Source: a virus
IMG/VR virus record: IMGVR_UViG_3300024999_000042
Direction: 5' to 3' (one strand)
Length of the DNA: 64,000 bases
Part shown: positions 21,285 to 32,262 of the stretch, piece by piece
How the letters are laid out: each line of letters begins with the position of its first letter
How positions within the stretch are numbered: position 1 is the first letter of the stretch
Notes under the pieces: model-generated
What the model saw: the letters and a program-made list of their open reading frames with translations, nothing else
Told to the model about the DNA's origin: nothing
Databases searched by the model: none
Translations under genes and position numbers: made by a program

Positions 21285-21392
21285 TATTAATTACCTCATT
21301 TCTTTTTATTTTTGTTTTACTGTTTAATCATTGTTATTTAACTATTCTAGAACATTGACATTAACTATATATTTATCTTTACTTTCTAAAAC

Positions 21393-23054
21393 TTAGTTAA
21401 AGAAAGATGGGATACTACCAGGAACCTTTTTCATTTCTTTTTCTTTAATAGAAATAAACATTTCATTTGTAGAATTTACTTCGACATCAGTTGTATCATT
21501 ATTTGCAATCATTTCTTTAAATTTCTTTGCACATAATTCTGCTTCTGCTTTCTTTAATCCGTCCAAATCAATTGCTTCTACAAAAGTTTTAAGAGAATTA
21601 ACTTCTGATTCTTCAAAACCATTTTTTGTAATTTCTGTCTCAAAATAAGAATTAACTTCTGCAATTTTTGCTTCTGATTCTGTTTTAATTTTTGCTTCTC
21701 TGAAAGAATTTACCTCAACATTAAGAGATTCTTTTTCTGCTTTTTCGGATTCAAGTAATTTATTAACCTCTACAATTGTGGTGTTTAGTTCAACTACTTT
21801 ACTATCTAAATCTTGAGTTTTTTCTGTTAAAGTATTAATTTCTACTTGTTTTTCTTCTAGGGATTGGGTCAATGTATTGATTTCTGTTGCTTTTTCCTCC
21901 AAAGATTTATTCAATGAATTAATTTCATTAATTTTATCTTCGATTTTTTGATTAAGTTCTAATACGATTTTTTCATCCATTTTTTTACTTTCCTCCTTTG
22001 TTTGATTATTTAATATATTAATCAGCGTATTGTTAACTTCTACAGATTCTTCACCATCAACTGGTGTCCATCCCTCTGTTACTTTAACAATACTACCAAT
22101 AATAACCTTTGAATTTTCTACAGTATAAGAACTTCCATAATACTCTCCTACACAATGATAGCTTTTCATCACAAATGTTGCACTGGTTGGATAAAATTTA
22201 TGAATATAGTAATATTGATATCCATCATCTGAATCAGAATTTTCTTTATTAAATTTAGTATTAAATCCATTTTCAACTAAAGTTGCAAGATCAGTGATAT
22301 TTAATTCATTTAGTTCGATTGATGTTTTTGTATTTTCATCTCCCAAAATATCATCCTCCTTTCCTGTTTTATCATCATTTGATTTATTTATATCAAGGTC
22401 ATTTTGTTTGGAATTGACCTCAAAAACTATCGAATCGTCGTCTGCTTGATTTTCTAAATTTGATAATATTGCCAATCCAGAGAAATCAAAAATAGTGGGA
22501 ATTCTTCCATCTAACATGCTTCCGTCAGAATTTTTATTTCCATCAAGATATACAATATTCTTAGCTTTTCCTTTTCCATTTATCTCAATAGAACCATAAA
22601 CTTTTCCATTTTCAATTTCTTCCTTTAACCATTTTACAAAAAGATTATATCGTTGTGAATTGATATATCCCTCAGTCATCATTACTTTTTTTATTTGACC
22701 ATCAATTTCTACATCACAAATGTAAGCATCTAATACGCTTCCAACAACTACTCCTTCAAATTTTACATTTCCATCTTCATCAAAACTCATTTCTCCGTGT
22801 CCTGAAGGTATTTGATTTTCTTCATCTGCCCAAGATACTACATAATTCATTCCAATGGCAGATTTAATATTATCTTGAGTATATTCCTCAAGCCATGTGA
22901 TCCCATTTTTATTCCACTTACCTACTTCTGGATGGATAAAATGACTAGACATTTTAATTTTTACGCGTCCAGCAACATCTTCTTCGGACATTTCACAAAT
23001 TTCTATGTATGTATTATCAGAGTTTATATTTGTCTTGTTCACAAAATATATCAC
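21393..23054 (-). CDS. Prohead protease-scaffold (YonD-like); start probably GTG about 23042
   Basis: WNKNGITW, PSGHG, GSIEI; C-terminal coiled coil with EIN/EVN repeats. Confidence 0.75.
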   Translation of the reverse strand: MIYFVNKTNINSDNTYIEICEMSEEDVAGRVKIKMSSHFIHPEVGKWNKNGITWLEEYTQDNIKSAIGMNYVVSWADEENQIPSGHGEMSFDEDGNVKFEGVVVGSVLDAYICDVEIDGQIKKVMMTEGYINSQRYNLFVKWLKEEIENGKVYGSIEINGKGKAKNIVYLDGNKNSDGSMLDGRIPTIFDFSGLAILSNLENQADDDSIVFEVNSKQNDLDINKSNDDKTGKEDDILGDENTKTSIELNELNITDLATLVENGFNTKFNKENSDSDDGYQYYYIHKFYPTSATFVMKSYHCVGEYYGSSYTVENSKVIIGSIVKVTEGWTPVDGEESVEVNNTLINILNNQTKEESKKMDEKIVLELNQKIEDKINEINSLNKSLEEKATEINTLTQSLEEKQVEINTLTEKTQDLDSKVVELNTTIVEVNKLLESEKAEKESLNVEVNSFREAKIKTESEAKIAEVNSYFETEITKNGFEESEVNSLKTFVEAIDLDGLKKAEAELCAKKFKEMIANNDTTDVEVNSTNEMFISIKEKEMKKVPGSIPSFFN

Positions 23055-23080
23055 CTCCTTTCAACTATTTATTATTTAAA

Positions 23081-24721
23081 CTATTTTTTGTTCTCAACTC
23101 TTTGTTCGTTACTTTTTAAGTTTTTTGTTATTAAACCTGATTCTTTTAATTCTGAATTATCCTTTGTAGGTCTTCCTCCTAAATTGCCATCTTCATTTGC
23201 TGTATCAGCACTATCAGTGGCTGTATAACTAGTAATATGAGGAGGATATCGCTCATCAAAACCAGCTTCAATTTCTTCGTCACAAATACTAAGGTAGTCC
23301 TCTGGATCAAATCCACTAGCAGCAATATAGAATTTTCTACTTCCTCCTGCTGTTAAATACAAATCTTTTGCCTTATCATAAACATCTTTCTTGTTTAACC
23401 ATGTAATTGGAAGAAATTTTATATCTATGTAACTGTTTGGCAAAATATTTAAATGTTCATTAATAACTCTAGTTTCTTCTCTTGCTATTTCATTAATATA
23501 TTGAAATACTTGAGCAGATAGTAAATCTAAATTAATTTGTAAACTTCCCAGATTAGCACTATTGCTTTCGGCATTTAAAGCAGAACTAGCAATACCTAAA
23601 CCTGTTGCTATCTTTTTCATATTCTCATCACTTAAAGTATCTTTTATCAAAGAAGAATCTTTACTAAGTCTACTTATTTCTGTTCCAGGAGCGAGGCTGA
23701 GGGTTGAGATTTTTGCGACATTTCCACTTGTATTTACTTTTACTGCACCTTTGAACGCTTCAATAACTTCTTTTTGTTGAGTTGAATTAAGACTAGAAGA
23801 TCCTTTCTTTTCGCCCTCTGGGAGAATGATGTAATAAATACTACTAGCTAATTCACTAATTAATTGATATTGACTATCATCATAATCTTGACTTGATTTC
23901 ATATCCGTAAACGCTGAAATGCCAAATGGAATCCCCCATGTATCAATTTCATTAGCTTTTGCTTTTAAAGCAATAGTTTTTCTATAATCTAAAATAAACC
24001 ATCTTTTACTAGCATCTTTCTTATAGTCCATATAAGCTTTTACAAAATTACGTGGATAATTCTTAATCTCATTTAATAATCCACCATATTTGAATTGATC
24101 AAAATACATCATATCAAATGCAGTAATACTAACATTGTTCTGAAATCCAATTATTTTACAATAATCTAAATCAAGTGGTTGAATCATAAAGTTATCATCC
24201 AATGATAAACCTTCTAATCTATCAAGAGTTTCTACTGTCATTGAACCTGTATCTAAGTTTTTATTGCTTGAAGTTGTGTCTCTCAAAATCCCAACATACG
24301 AACCGTCGATGAATAAATGTCTTAAAATATCCCTTGTCGTCCGATCTATATTTAATATTTTAAGTAAAGTGTTAAACTTAGTTTTATTATCTTTCATCTG
24401 TGGAGTTTTATTTCTTAATGTAGTAATATAAGATAATGTAGGAAGTGCTATCATCCGATCTATGCTCTGACCATATAATCCATTTAAACTATACGATTGC
24501 CTTGATATAGTTCTCAATATTTCATTATATATCATTGGATATTTTACATATTGTTTTAAATCACTCATGGGGATATTATCTGTATCTAGTCTTCCTGTTG
24601 AAAATGAATATGAATTATAGGATAATGAGTTTAATTCTATTTCATTTGAGAATTGAGTTGAATATGGAGAATCGGATTGGGAGGAGATGTTTAATTCTGT
24701 TGGGGTTATTTTTTTTGTCAA
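23081..24721 (-). CDS. Portal protein (YonE-like)
   Basis: 546 aa directly after TerL; PPHITSYT...GGRP C-terminus. Confidence 0.8.
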   Translation of the reverse strand: MTKKITPTELNISSQSDSPYSTQFSNEIELNSLSYNSYSFSTGRLDTDNIPMSDLKQYVKYPMIYNEILRTISRQSYSLNGLYGQSIDRMIALPTLSYITTLRNKTPQMKDNKTKFNTLLKILNIDRTTRDILRHLFIDGSYVGILRDTTSSNKNLDTGSMTVETLDRLEGLSLDDNFMIQPLDLDYCKIIGFQNNVSITAFDMMYFDQFKYGGLLNEIKNYPRNFVKAYMDYKKDASKRWFILDYRKTIALKAKANEIDTWGIPFGISAFTDMKSSQDYDDSQYQLISELASSIYYIILPEGEKKGSSSLNSTQQKEVIEAFKGAVKVNTSGNVAKISTLSLAPGTEISRLSKDSSLIKDTLSDENMKKIATGLGIASSALNAESNSANLGSLQINLDLLSAQVFQYINEIAREETRVINEHLNILPNSYIDIKFLPITWLNKKDVYDKAKDLYLTAGGSRKFYIAASGFDPEDYLSICDEEIEAGFDERYPPHITSYTATDSADTANEDGNLGGRPTKDNSELKESGLITKNLKSNEQRVENKK

Positions 24722-24757
24722 ATTGGAGATGCCTCCTTTCTTTAAGTGGTTATGTTA

Positions 24758-27700
24758 TTAAGAGTATGAGAATACAAAATCGAAATCCGAATCGTCTTCT
24801 TCATGCTCTAAAAACATAGCAATATAATACAGAGCGTAAACCGTGGCAGAATAACGGTCTTTATCTAGTCTTTTAATAACTGGTTCTACCGTTACAGCAG
24901 TTTGAGTTTTCTTTAATTTTAAATTTGCTACTTCATCAATTAATAATTGAACTTGAGTACATGCTAATTCATAGTTAAGCAAATCAGCCTCTTTTAAATC
25001 TTTTGGCAAATCATCCTTAATATCATCATAAGTTTTAATTAATTTTAGTGTGTTTGATTCAACATAATTAATAAAAGTTCTAATGATATCACCATTTATC
25101 CCTTGTGCCTTTAAAACATAAAGCATCTTTGGTGCATTAGAAGTTTTAGATTTATCTTCTGTATTTATAGTTGCCCATGCACCATATTCTTTATTTGTTT
25201 CAAAGTCTGTAACATCTTCAAGCAATTTTTCAACTAAACCCTGTCCAATGGTGTTCCCGTCGATTATTACAGCTTTTACTCTTGATTTTGTTAAATCTAA
25301 GTTGCCACCATATTTATAAAATATTCTTTTGACTATTACAGACTGTTCTTCATAATTCAATCCATTCGGTGGATTTATTATGTTGTGTAATTGAATTTGC
25401 CTAATAGAACCACTTTCATTTCTAATAATTTTTAAAACTACTATAGAAGTTTTATTATTACTTTCAGATGCACTTCTTGCAACGTCTACTCCAATTACAT
25501 ATTCGCATATATCTAAATTTCCTTTTTTATCTCTCGGACATTCCATTTCAGGAGGAGAAACAACTCTTGCTTTAATCAATTTACTGATATTAATTAATGC
25601 CCCATCACTTACTCCTACCCAGTCACATAAATAATTCTGTTTAAATCGAATAATATTACTTTTTCTTGCTTTATCAATTACCGATTTTTTTTGTCTACCA
25701 AAATGAACGGGGATAAACCAATCTGAACCGAATACAAAAGTTCCTTTTAAATCATTCATGTCTCTTGACATAGTTAATATTTTAGAAAACTCATCTGAAT
25801 TTTTATATCCAGATGTAGAATATCTATTTATTGCACCATTTAACTCTTCGGGATCTATATCTCCAGTCATTGTTGTCCTTGCCATATTAAAAATTGGCTC
25901 AATACAATCATCATAGGTATCTTTGTCAATTAATGCAGATTCTTCCAGACCGCCTCTCCTACGTCTCAAACCTTTGCTTTGTTGGCTATTTGCAAGATTG
26001 TCTACTACTGCACCGTTTACAAACTCTACTCTTCCACTATCTTTAGAAAAATTAGCCGATCTTATATTCGGTGCAAAATCAGGATAGAATCTTAATAGTT
26101 CATCATGCTTATCTTTCCAAATCTTAACCGCAGATTCTTTGGTGGACGCAGTAATTGATAAGGTGATATTTGGGAAACAACAAGCCGTATGATATTGAGA
26201 CATAATATGAATCTGAGTGTTATGACTAATCAAACCATTGCTTACAAAAGAATTTGTTTCTGGCATGTGAACATCATATACATAATTCTCACTATTCTCT
26301 ATATTTGTAACCTCAGAATAAAAATAATTTAACTGCAATAATTTTAATAGTTCATTCCATTCAGCACATTCTTTATTTGTAAAGCTTTCTTCTGCACTCA
26401 ATAATAGATTTAATTTTTCATATGTAAGTTGGTTGTTGCCCTTTAATACATGATAAAATTTATCCCTAGTATATCCTCGTGGATAAATTTTATTTATATT
26501 GTTGATTTGATGAGGGATTATGTCTTTATTAGGGTTCCTTTTAACTTCGCAACTTGAAATTAATTTACTTTGCTTTCTTCTACAACTAAACCCTATTTCT
26601 CGAAGAAATATATCAGCATTTAATGATGATATAGTAATAATATAATGATATGTTTTAAATTTTTTATCATATTGTTTATCTCTTCTCGATATTATACCCA
26701 AATTTAGTAAAAGCATTTGAACTTGTTTTCCCATTTTTTCTGAAGCTGTGCAAAGTTGAACCTTACCTGCAACTACACATCCATCAGTATCAAATAATCC
26801 TTGTAGCGTTTTTACAACTATATTTTTAGGTGCGGACATTATTAATTGTGGAATTTCTTTTGTAAAAGCATTAGATTGTTTTAACCCCATATGATTAAAT
26901 ATTTCTCTAACTCCTTTTCCACAAATATAATAATTTATTTTATCTTTTTGTTTGACTTTCATATTCAATTCTTTTTCAAAGTAATCCCTAAAATTATTTA
27001 AAATATCTTCATCTTCATTTGTAAACCAAATAGAATTATCTCTTGTTAAACTACCATCTCCTAATAAATATCCTATTATCAAAGCTAATTTTTCAGTTAA
27101 TTCTGTTGGTATTATTGGCATATTTCTTTTAATTTGCCATGAAGAATATTTGTTAAGAGAATTAAAATAATTTTCAGTATTGAAATTAATTTTTGTATTT
27201 TTGCCCCATACATCATTATTTCTTGAAATAGCCAAAAAATCGCCAATTTTAATGTCCTCTGAATTTTTATATTTCAAAGTTCCATTTTCACACATCACTA
27301 ATAATGGATGGTTTTCTGTACTCTCAATATAATATCCTTCTTGTGTATTTATTATTTTTGTTTTTCTTAATCCACTTGAAACACCAGCAATAGAATTTTC
27401 CATATCTCCATATTTATTCTTCATTTTTATGTTGTGAATTTGTTCAAATTCCTCATTACTTTTATCATAATTAAAATATAATCCAATTTCTTCCAAACCA
27501 TTTTCAGTAAATATAATCGTATCACCAGATACGCATTTGGAAATTCCTCTAGGTGCACAAAAGTAATTTTCAGGGAATCGGGATAATAATCTAAGCATAA
27601 CCCTCTGATGTAAATCAAAATTCATACCACCACTCTCAGGCTTGTATAAGTCCCAAAATATATCTGGCATCCAACGCAGATATGAACACAATTCTGAAAA

Positions 27701-27838
27701 TTCTTGTATGTTTTTTGAAACTATGGTTGAATTGTATTCAGATTCTTTTATAGGTGATTCAAATGCTGATTCATATATATCATATCTATCATGTTCATTT
27801 TTTTTATTTTTGTTTTCAAAGTTATTATATCCTGCCAT
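24758..27838 (-). CDS. Terminase large subunit (YonF-like) containing an intein
   Basis: Walker A PRGISK/T split by intein; GLRR..GLEESA Walker B; IGVDVAR and KDRYSA nuclease motifs; about 587 aa after splicing. Confidence 0.93.
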   Translation of the reverse strand: MAGYNNFENKNKKNEHDRYDIYESAFESPIKESEYNSTIVSKNIQEFSELCSYLRWMPDIFWDLYKPESGGMNFDLHQRVMLRLLSRFPENYFCAPRGISKCVSGDTIIFTENGLEEIGLYFNYDKSNEEFEQIHNIKMKNKYGDMENSIAGVSSGLRKTKIINTQEGYYIESTENHPLLVMCENGTLKYKNSEDIKIGDFLAISRNNDVWGKNTKINFNTENYFNSLNKYSSWQIKRNMPIIPTELTEKLALIIGYLLGDGSLTRDNSIWFTNEDEDILNNFRDYFEKELNMKVKQKDKINYYICGKGVREIFNHMGLKQSNAFTKEIPQLIMSAPKNIVVKTLQGLFDTDGCVVAGKVQLCTASEKMGKQVQMLLLNLGIISRRDKQYDKKFKTYHYIITISSLNADIFLREIGFSCRRKQSKLISSCEVKRNPNKDIIPHQINNINKIYPRGYTRDKFYHVLKGNNQLTYEKLNLLLSAEESFTNKECAEWNELLKLLQLNYFYSEVTNIENSENYVYDVHMPETNSFVSNGLISHNTQIHIMSQYHTACCFPNITLSITASTKESAVKIWKDKHDELLRFYPDFAPNIRSANFSKDSGRVEFVNGAVVDNLANSQQSKGLRRRRGGLEESALIDKDTYDDCIEPIFNMARTTMTGDIDPEELNGAINRYSTSGYKNSDEFSKILTMSRDMNDLKGTFVFGSDWFIPVHFGRQKKSVIDKARKSNIIRFKQNYLCDWVGVSDGALINISKLIKARVVSPPEMECPRDKKGNLDICEYVIGVDVARSASESNNKTSIVVLKIIRNESGSIRQIQLHNIINPPNGLNYEEQSVIVKRIFYKYGGNLDLTKSRVKAVIIDGNTIGQGLVEKLLEDVTDFETNKEYGAWATINTEDKSKTSNAPKMLYVLKAQGINGDIIRTFINYVESNTLKLIKTYDDIKDDLPKDLKEADLLNYELACTQVQLLIDEVANLKLKKTQTAVTVEPVIKRLDKDRYSATVYALYYIAMFLEHEEDDSDFDFVFSYS
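26219..27535 (-). mobile_element. Intein (439 aa) with LAGLIDADG endonuclease
   Basis: N-terminus CVSGDT, block B TENHPL, IGYLLGDGS and LQGLFDTDG, C-terminus VYDVH...SNGLISHN followed by Thr. Confidence 0.95.
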
Positions 27839-27839
27839 A

Positions 27840-28889
27840 TCATTCGCCTTCTTCGTAGATGGGTTCTTTATAAACCTTTCCTAAATCTCTAAAAATACCA
27901 TTTCTTTTATTTTTCTCATTCTTTATTTGGTCTTCTGTAAAACCTTGATTGTTAAAAAATTCATTAAGCATTTCATCATAAAAAGTCCATATCTCTCTAT
28001 ATTCAATCCTAGATTTATCTTCTAACCTTCTGTTATAATTTACAATACACCAAATAATTAAATCTGCATCATCCATTGGTTGTTCTTTTAATTTTGGTAA
28101 AATTGAAATTATACCGACTTTTGCCTCAACTGCTTCAAATAATTGTGGTAATAATTCTACTCCACCACTAATGTCAGATTTAGATAATTGAGAAACATTG
28201 ATTTTTGCTGCTGTGGCAGAGTCCTTTGCCAAAGAAGCCCATTCTTTTGCCTCTTTTACATCTCCTCTGGCAGTAGCAAGTTCTTCTTTAACTCTAAAAC
28301 GAATATACGTTATTAATCCTTCTATATGAAAAGAAGTTTTTTCGCCATAATTATCTATAAGCTTATTCCACTTCTTTTCAAAATAATTATATTCATCTGA
28401 TTGGTATCCAAATCCCCATTTTTCAATTATTTCATCTGTAAGAATAAAGTTAGGTTGTTTTGACGAAATATTATTACTTATATTCTGCTGGTCTAATGAA
28501 TTATCATAATTTAACTCACTATTTAATTGTGGCCTAAAAACAGAATCTTTCCATGTTAATTCCCTGTTTTGCTTTAAGCATAAGTTTTTCATGTACGCAC
28601 CAAAAGTATCTGACTTATCTTCTAGTGATATTTTGTAAAGATCAAAAATAAATGGTCTATCAATCAATTGCAACGTTGACTGTAATTTATCTAAAGTTAC
28701 ATTTCCGTTATCATCACTTATCATCTTTTTTAGACATGATTTACAATAGGGTATACGTCCAGAAGAATGGATTTTATTGTAACTAACATAATAATCTCTT
28801 TCATTTTTTAAGTTTGTACAAGCAGCACAAGTTAAACTTAACTCTTTTTTTGGAATATGCGGTTTTACTGTTTTTCCAACTCTAGGAAT
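27840..28889 (-). CDS. Probable terminase small subunit (YonG-like); probable ATT start
   Basis: CAAC...CKSC zinc finger, EKWGFGY; directly upstream of TerL; the called GTG lies inside the SD. Confidence 0.65.
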   Translation of the reverse strand: MPRVGKTVKPHIPKKELSLTCAACTNLKNERDYYVSYNKIHSSGRIPYCKSCLKKMISDDNGNVTLDKLQSTLQLIDRPFIFDLYKISLEDKSDTFGAYMKNLCLKQNRELTWKDSVFRPQLNSELNYDNSLDQQNISNNISSKQPNFILTDEIIEKWGFGYQSDEYNYFEKKWNKLIDNYGEKTSFHIEGLITYIRFRVKEELATARGDVKEAKEWASLAKDSATAAKINVSQLSKSDISGGVELLPQLFEAVEAKVGIISILPKLKEQPMDDADLIIWCIVNYNRRLEDKSRIEYREIWTFYDEMLNEFFNNQGFTEDQIKNEKNKRNGIFRDLGKVYKEPIYEEGE

Positions 28890-28927
28890 AGGTCTCACCT
28901 CTTTTTAATTAAATAAAGAAGAAGTAT

Positions 28928-30154
28928 TTAACCAACTTCTTCTAAATCTTTATATTTACCATTAATATAATCTTCCTTAAATTCATTAAACTGTTCTACA
29001 TTATTCTCACCATACCCGTAAACTTTGTGGAAAAGTGCATGAATATCACCAGTCAAACACACTCCAACGCCATGAATCTTATGTAATCTGGCACATTCAT
29101 TTTTAATCAATATTAACTCAGAATCTTCATATTCATTAATAAATCTTCTTTTTTCAATATTTAAGTTATCAAATATCTCATTAAATATTTTATCAAATCC
29201 ATATAAATGATGAATTACATCAAATCGTTTATTAGTTACAACACATTTGTAATTTGATGCTATCATCGATTCTTTCTTCCATTCTGTAATAGAATCTCTT
29301 AAAATTGAATTTATTTCAGAGAAACCACCCTTCCAATTATAATTATTTTCTCCACTTAATCTATCATTACTACATAATGTACAACCTAATGAGTTAGACA
29401 TTCCACTATAAGTTGCAGTTTGAATTATCCCTTTATGTATCGGACACTCATATTTTAATTCAGAATGATTATTTATATAATCCTCTTCGTTTGACAATAA
29501 AATTGTATTCTTTATTTTAAATAAATTTTCGACTTCATTAAAATCTTTCCTTCTTGACTCACTTAATTTGTCCCAAGCACAATATTTACAATCTTGATTC
29601 TTATATTTAAAATTAGCATATAATATTGATTGAACTCCTTTGTCTTGATGCTTGTTGCAAATAAAATCCATATATGATTTTGTATTTTCATATGTTTTGC
29701 TTAATAATACTAAATTTCTTTCTTTAAACTCTTCGTCAATTTCATCAATATTATATTTAGAATTTGTTATTGAAATTTTATTTCCAACTCCGGCAATTTG
29801 TGGACTATATTTTACTCCATTTTTAATAAAACATATTTCCTCTTGTTTTTTATGTTTACATTTTCCACAAGCATCTTTTGCTATTGGTTGTGTTCTTCTA
29901 GTTTTATTATACTCACTATATGGTTTTGAAATTATAGTTTCTATACCATCTTCGTGACAATAATCGCAAGACACGTTTACTTTTGCGTTACTATTCTCCT
30001 GTAAGTCGCATATCTTTACTGTAATTTTTGATCCTTGGATAATACGTAATCTACCTCTATTATCTAATTCTTTTGGAATTTTGTATCCCAAATTCTCATA
30101 ATATTTTACTGATTTACCATTTAACCCTACTTCTACTTCTGTACTAATTAACAT
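28928..30154 (-). CDS. Zinc-finger HNH-like homing endonuclease
   Basis: Multiple CxxC/CxxH; GENNYNWKGG; CVVT...IHHLYGF...GVCL...HALFHKVYG. Confidence 0.8.
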   Translation of the reverse strand: MLISTEVEVGLNGKSVKYYENLGYKIPKELDNRGRLRIIQGSKITVKICDLQENSNAKVNVSCDYCHEDGIETIISKPYSEYNKTRRTQPIAKDACGKCKHKKQEEICFIKNGVKYSPQIAGVGNKISITNSKYNIDEIDEEFKERNLVLLSKTYENTKSYMDFICNKHQDKGVQSILYANFKYKNQDCKYCAWDKLSESRRKDFNEVENLFKIKNTILLSNEEDYINNHSELKYECPIHKGIIQTATYSGMSNSLGCTLCSNDRLSGENNYNWKGGFSEINSILRDSITEWKKESMIASNYKCVVTNKRFDVIHHLYGFDKIFNEIFDNLNIEKRRFINEYEDSELILIKNECARLHKIHGVGVCLTGDIHALFHKVYGYGENNVEQFNEFKEDYINGKYKDLEEVG

Positions 30155-30444
30155 CTTTCTAACCCTTCTTTCTGCAAATTATATTTCCCTCTGCACTAAC
30201 CACTAAAAAGTAAATAGAAGATAGGGTGCAGAGTCAGGGTGATCAAGCCCTAAAAACCTATCTTCCAATCCACATATTCCTGTGAATAACAAATAATCCA
30301 AACATTTCTGCTTGGATTATCGACTTACCCACAAAACTTTATCTATATCTATCCAATTTATTCCCATCCACACACAAAACGCCTGATTGCTCAAGCGTTT
30401 TATAACTTAAAAAATATTATTTATATAAACATAAAACATTAAAT

Positions 30445-31231
30445 CTATTCCTCATCCACACCAACTAAAACATCATCAATCATTATATATCCCTTTTTAA
30501 TCAAGAAATTCCATAACCAATTTATCCCTTTTGGAGTTACTTTAGTAGTAGAAGATAATTTTGTTTTACCATACCCATTATCAAATGTACTAGTTTTTAA
30601 AACCATACAACCATTATCTATATATTTTTGTTGAGGATTATTCTTTTCTGCTCCATATGTCATAAGAACATGTTCGTCGCGAAGAATCTCAAATAATCTA
30701 TCACGACCAATTGATTTACCTTTTCTTATTTTTTCATTAAATAGTTTTGCAACTTCTCCAATATTCTTTTGTCCATCACAAATGAATAGTCTGTCTGCCA
30801 TTTCTACTAATGGTTTCTGTTCTTCTATTTTAGCTTCGAGCAAATATGTATGAGATTTAAGATTCTCTATTGTTTTATTTGCCATATTTAAAGCCCTAGC
30901 CATTACTGCTTCAGGAGAGTTCCATTTCTTTTCTAATTCTATAAAATATTGCCTAGCTAATTTGCCTTTTATCACTTCTTTGAATCATAGAAATTTCTTT
31001 TGCCATTTCAACTGTCATTTGATGATTATTATAGGTAGTTTCATTGCCCTGGGCTGTTAGTCTTTTTTGACTAATAGCTATATAATCAGTAATTTCAGTA
31101 AATCCATATTCACACATTCTATCAAACCACTTTGTATACTGAGTTCCAACCTCTAAAAATTCATGTAATTCTCTTCCTAAAACTGTTTGATTTTCTCCAT
31201 TATAGTTTACTGTTATTAAATTATTTTCCAC
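30445..31231 (-). pseudogene. AntA/AntB + KilA-C (ANT) antirepressor split by one extra A at about 30968
   Basis: GRELHEFLEV.T.YTKWFDRMCEYGF...MAKEISMIQRS-DK / GKLARQYFIELEKKWNSPEAVMARAL...TKVTPKG. Confidence 0.85.
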
Positions 31232-31274
31232 TCTAAATTCCTTCTTTCATTTTTATTTTGTCAATCATAAATAA

Positions 31275-31478
31275 TCATCTATTTCTAACACACCACTGAC
31301 TGTACACATCTGAGCTATCGTTAAACCCAAATTTAAACCAGACTCTTTTTGTTTTAGGATGAATCCCTGTGGATTTTGCCATAACCCCATTTTCCATATA
31401 GAATGATGCTTGCTCTGGATTATAGATAAATACATATCTTTCTTCATCCTTATTTTCTTGTTTATTTTGTTCTGTCAT
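31275..31478 (-). CDS. Small conserved phage protein (DUF5659-like), paralogue of 10046..10249
   Basis: FIYNPEQASFYMENG...VWFKFG...YSQWCVRNR; SD before MTEQ. Confidence 0.7.
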   Translation of the reverse strand: MTEQNKQENKDEERYVFIYNPEQASFYMENGVMAKSTGIHPKTKRVWFKFGFNDSSDVYSQWCVRNR

Positions 31479-31682
31479 TTTTAAATCACTTCCTTTCAAA
31501 CATAAATTTGCATAACTTATTTTGTTACACAAAAATACTCCTAACGAAAGCTAGGAGCACTATCTATAGCAAAATATTTAGTTTAAATTATTACAAAATA
31601 AAACTTAGATTTTATTTTATATTTATAACTCCACAAGTTATAAATCAATAATATAACCTATATAGTTATAGAGCTATATTAT

Positions 31683-32207
31683 CTAATCCTCTAAGAAATC
31701 TTTTATCTCTTGTTTCATTTCAAGTTTTCCAAGTTTTTTAAAAACAAGCAATGTATTAACCACACTTTTTATTGCACAATCAGTACAACCATTAAGGATA
31801 ACTTCAACACATTGATCAATTAAATCTTCTTCTCTTTCTTGATTGCATTCTTGACAAAAACATTCATCTTCATCAAATTCTCCACGAGATTCACAGCAAT
31901 CATCGCACTGACAAGGGAATTCTAAATATCCATCTGTATTACCATTTTCAACTTCACAATTATCATCACAACATGTACATTCAAAATCTGGACAATCTTC
32001 ATTATCCTTACATTCACAACACATACAATAAGAAGTTTCCTCAATTTCATCCATATCTTCTACTTCATAATCATCTTCCAAACATTGCTCTACTTCAAGT
32101 TCCCTGAAATATTCTTCTCCAGAACAAGATTCTCCATCAACTGAAAATACTTCATACCACTTACCTTCTTTAATATCCCACATAGATTGAGTTGAAAATA
32201 CACGCAT
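31683..32207 (-). CDS. Cys-rich, very acidic hypothetical protein
   Basis: CMCCEC, CTCC, CQCDDCC, CFCQEC, CTDC. Confidence 0.7.
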   Translation of the reverse strand: MRVFSTQSMWDIKEGKWYEVFSVDGESCSGEEYFRELEVEQCLEDDYEVEDMDEIEETSYCMCCECKDNEDCPDFECTCCDDNCEVENGNTDGYLEFPCQCDDCCESRGEFDEDECFCQECNQEREEDLIDQCVEVILNGCTDCAIKSVVNTLLVFKKLGKLEMKQEIKDFLED

Positions 32208-32262
32208 ATATTTTTATTCCTGCCTTTATTGTTTTATTTTTGTAATAAATCCTAAACCCTAA

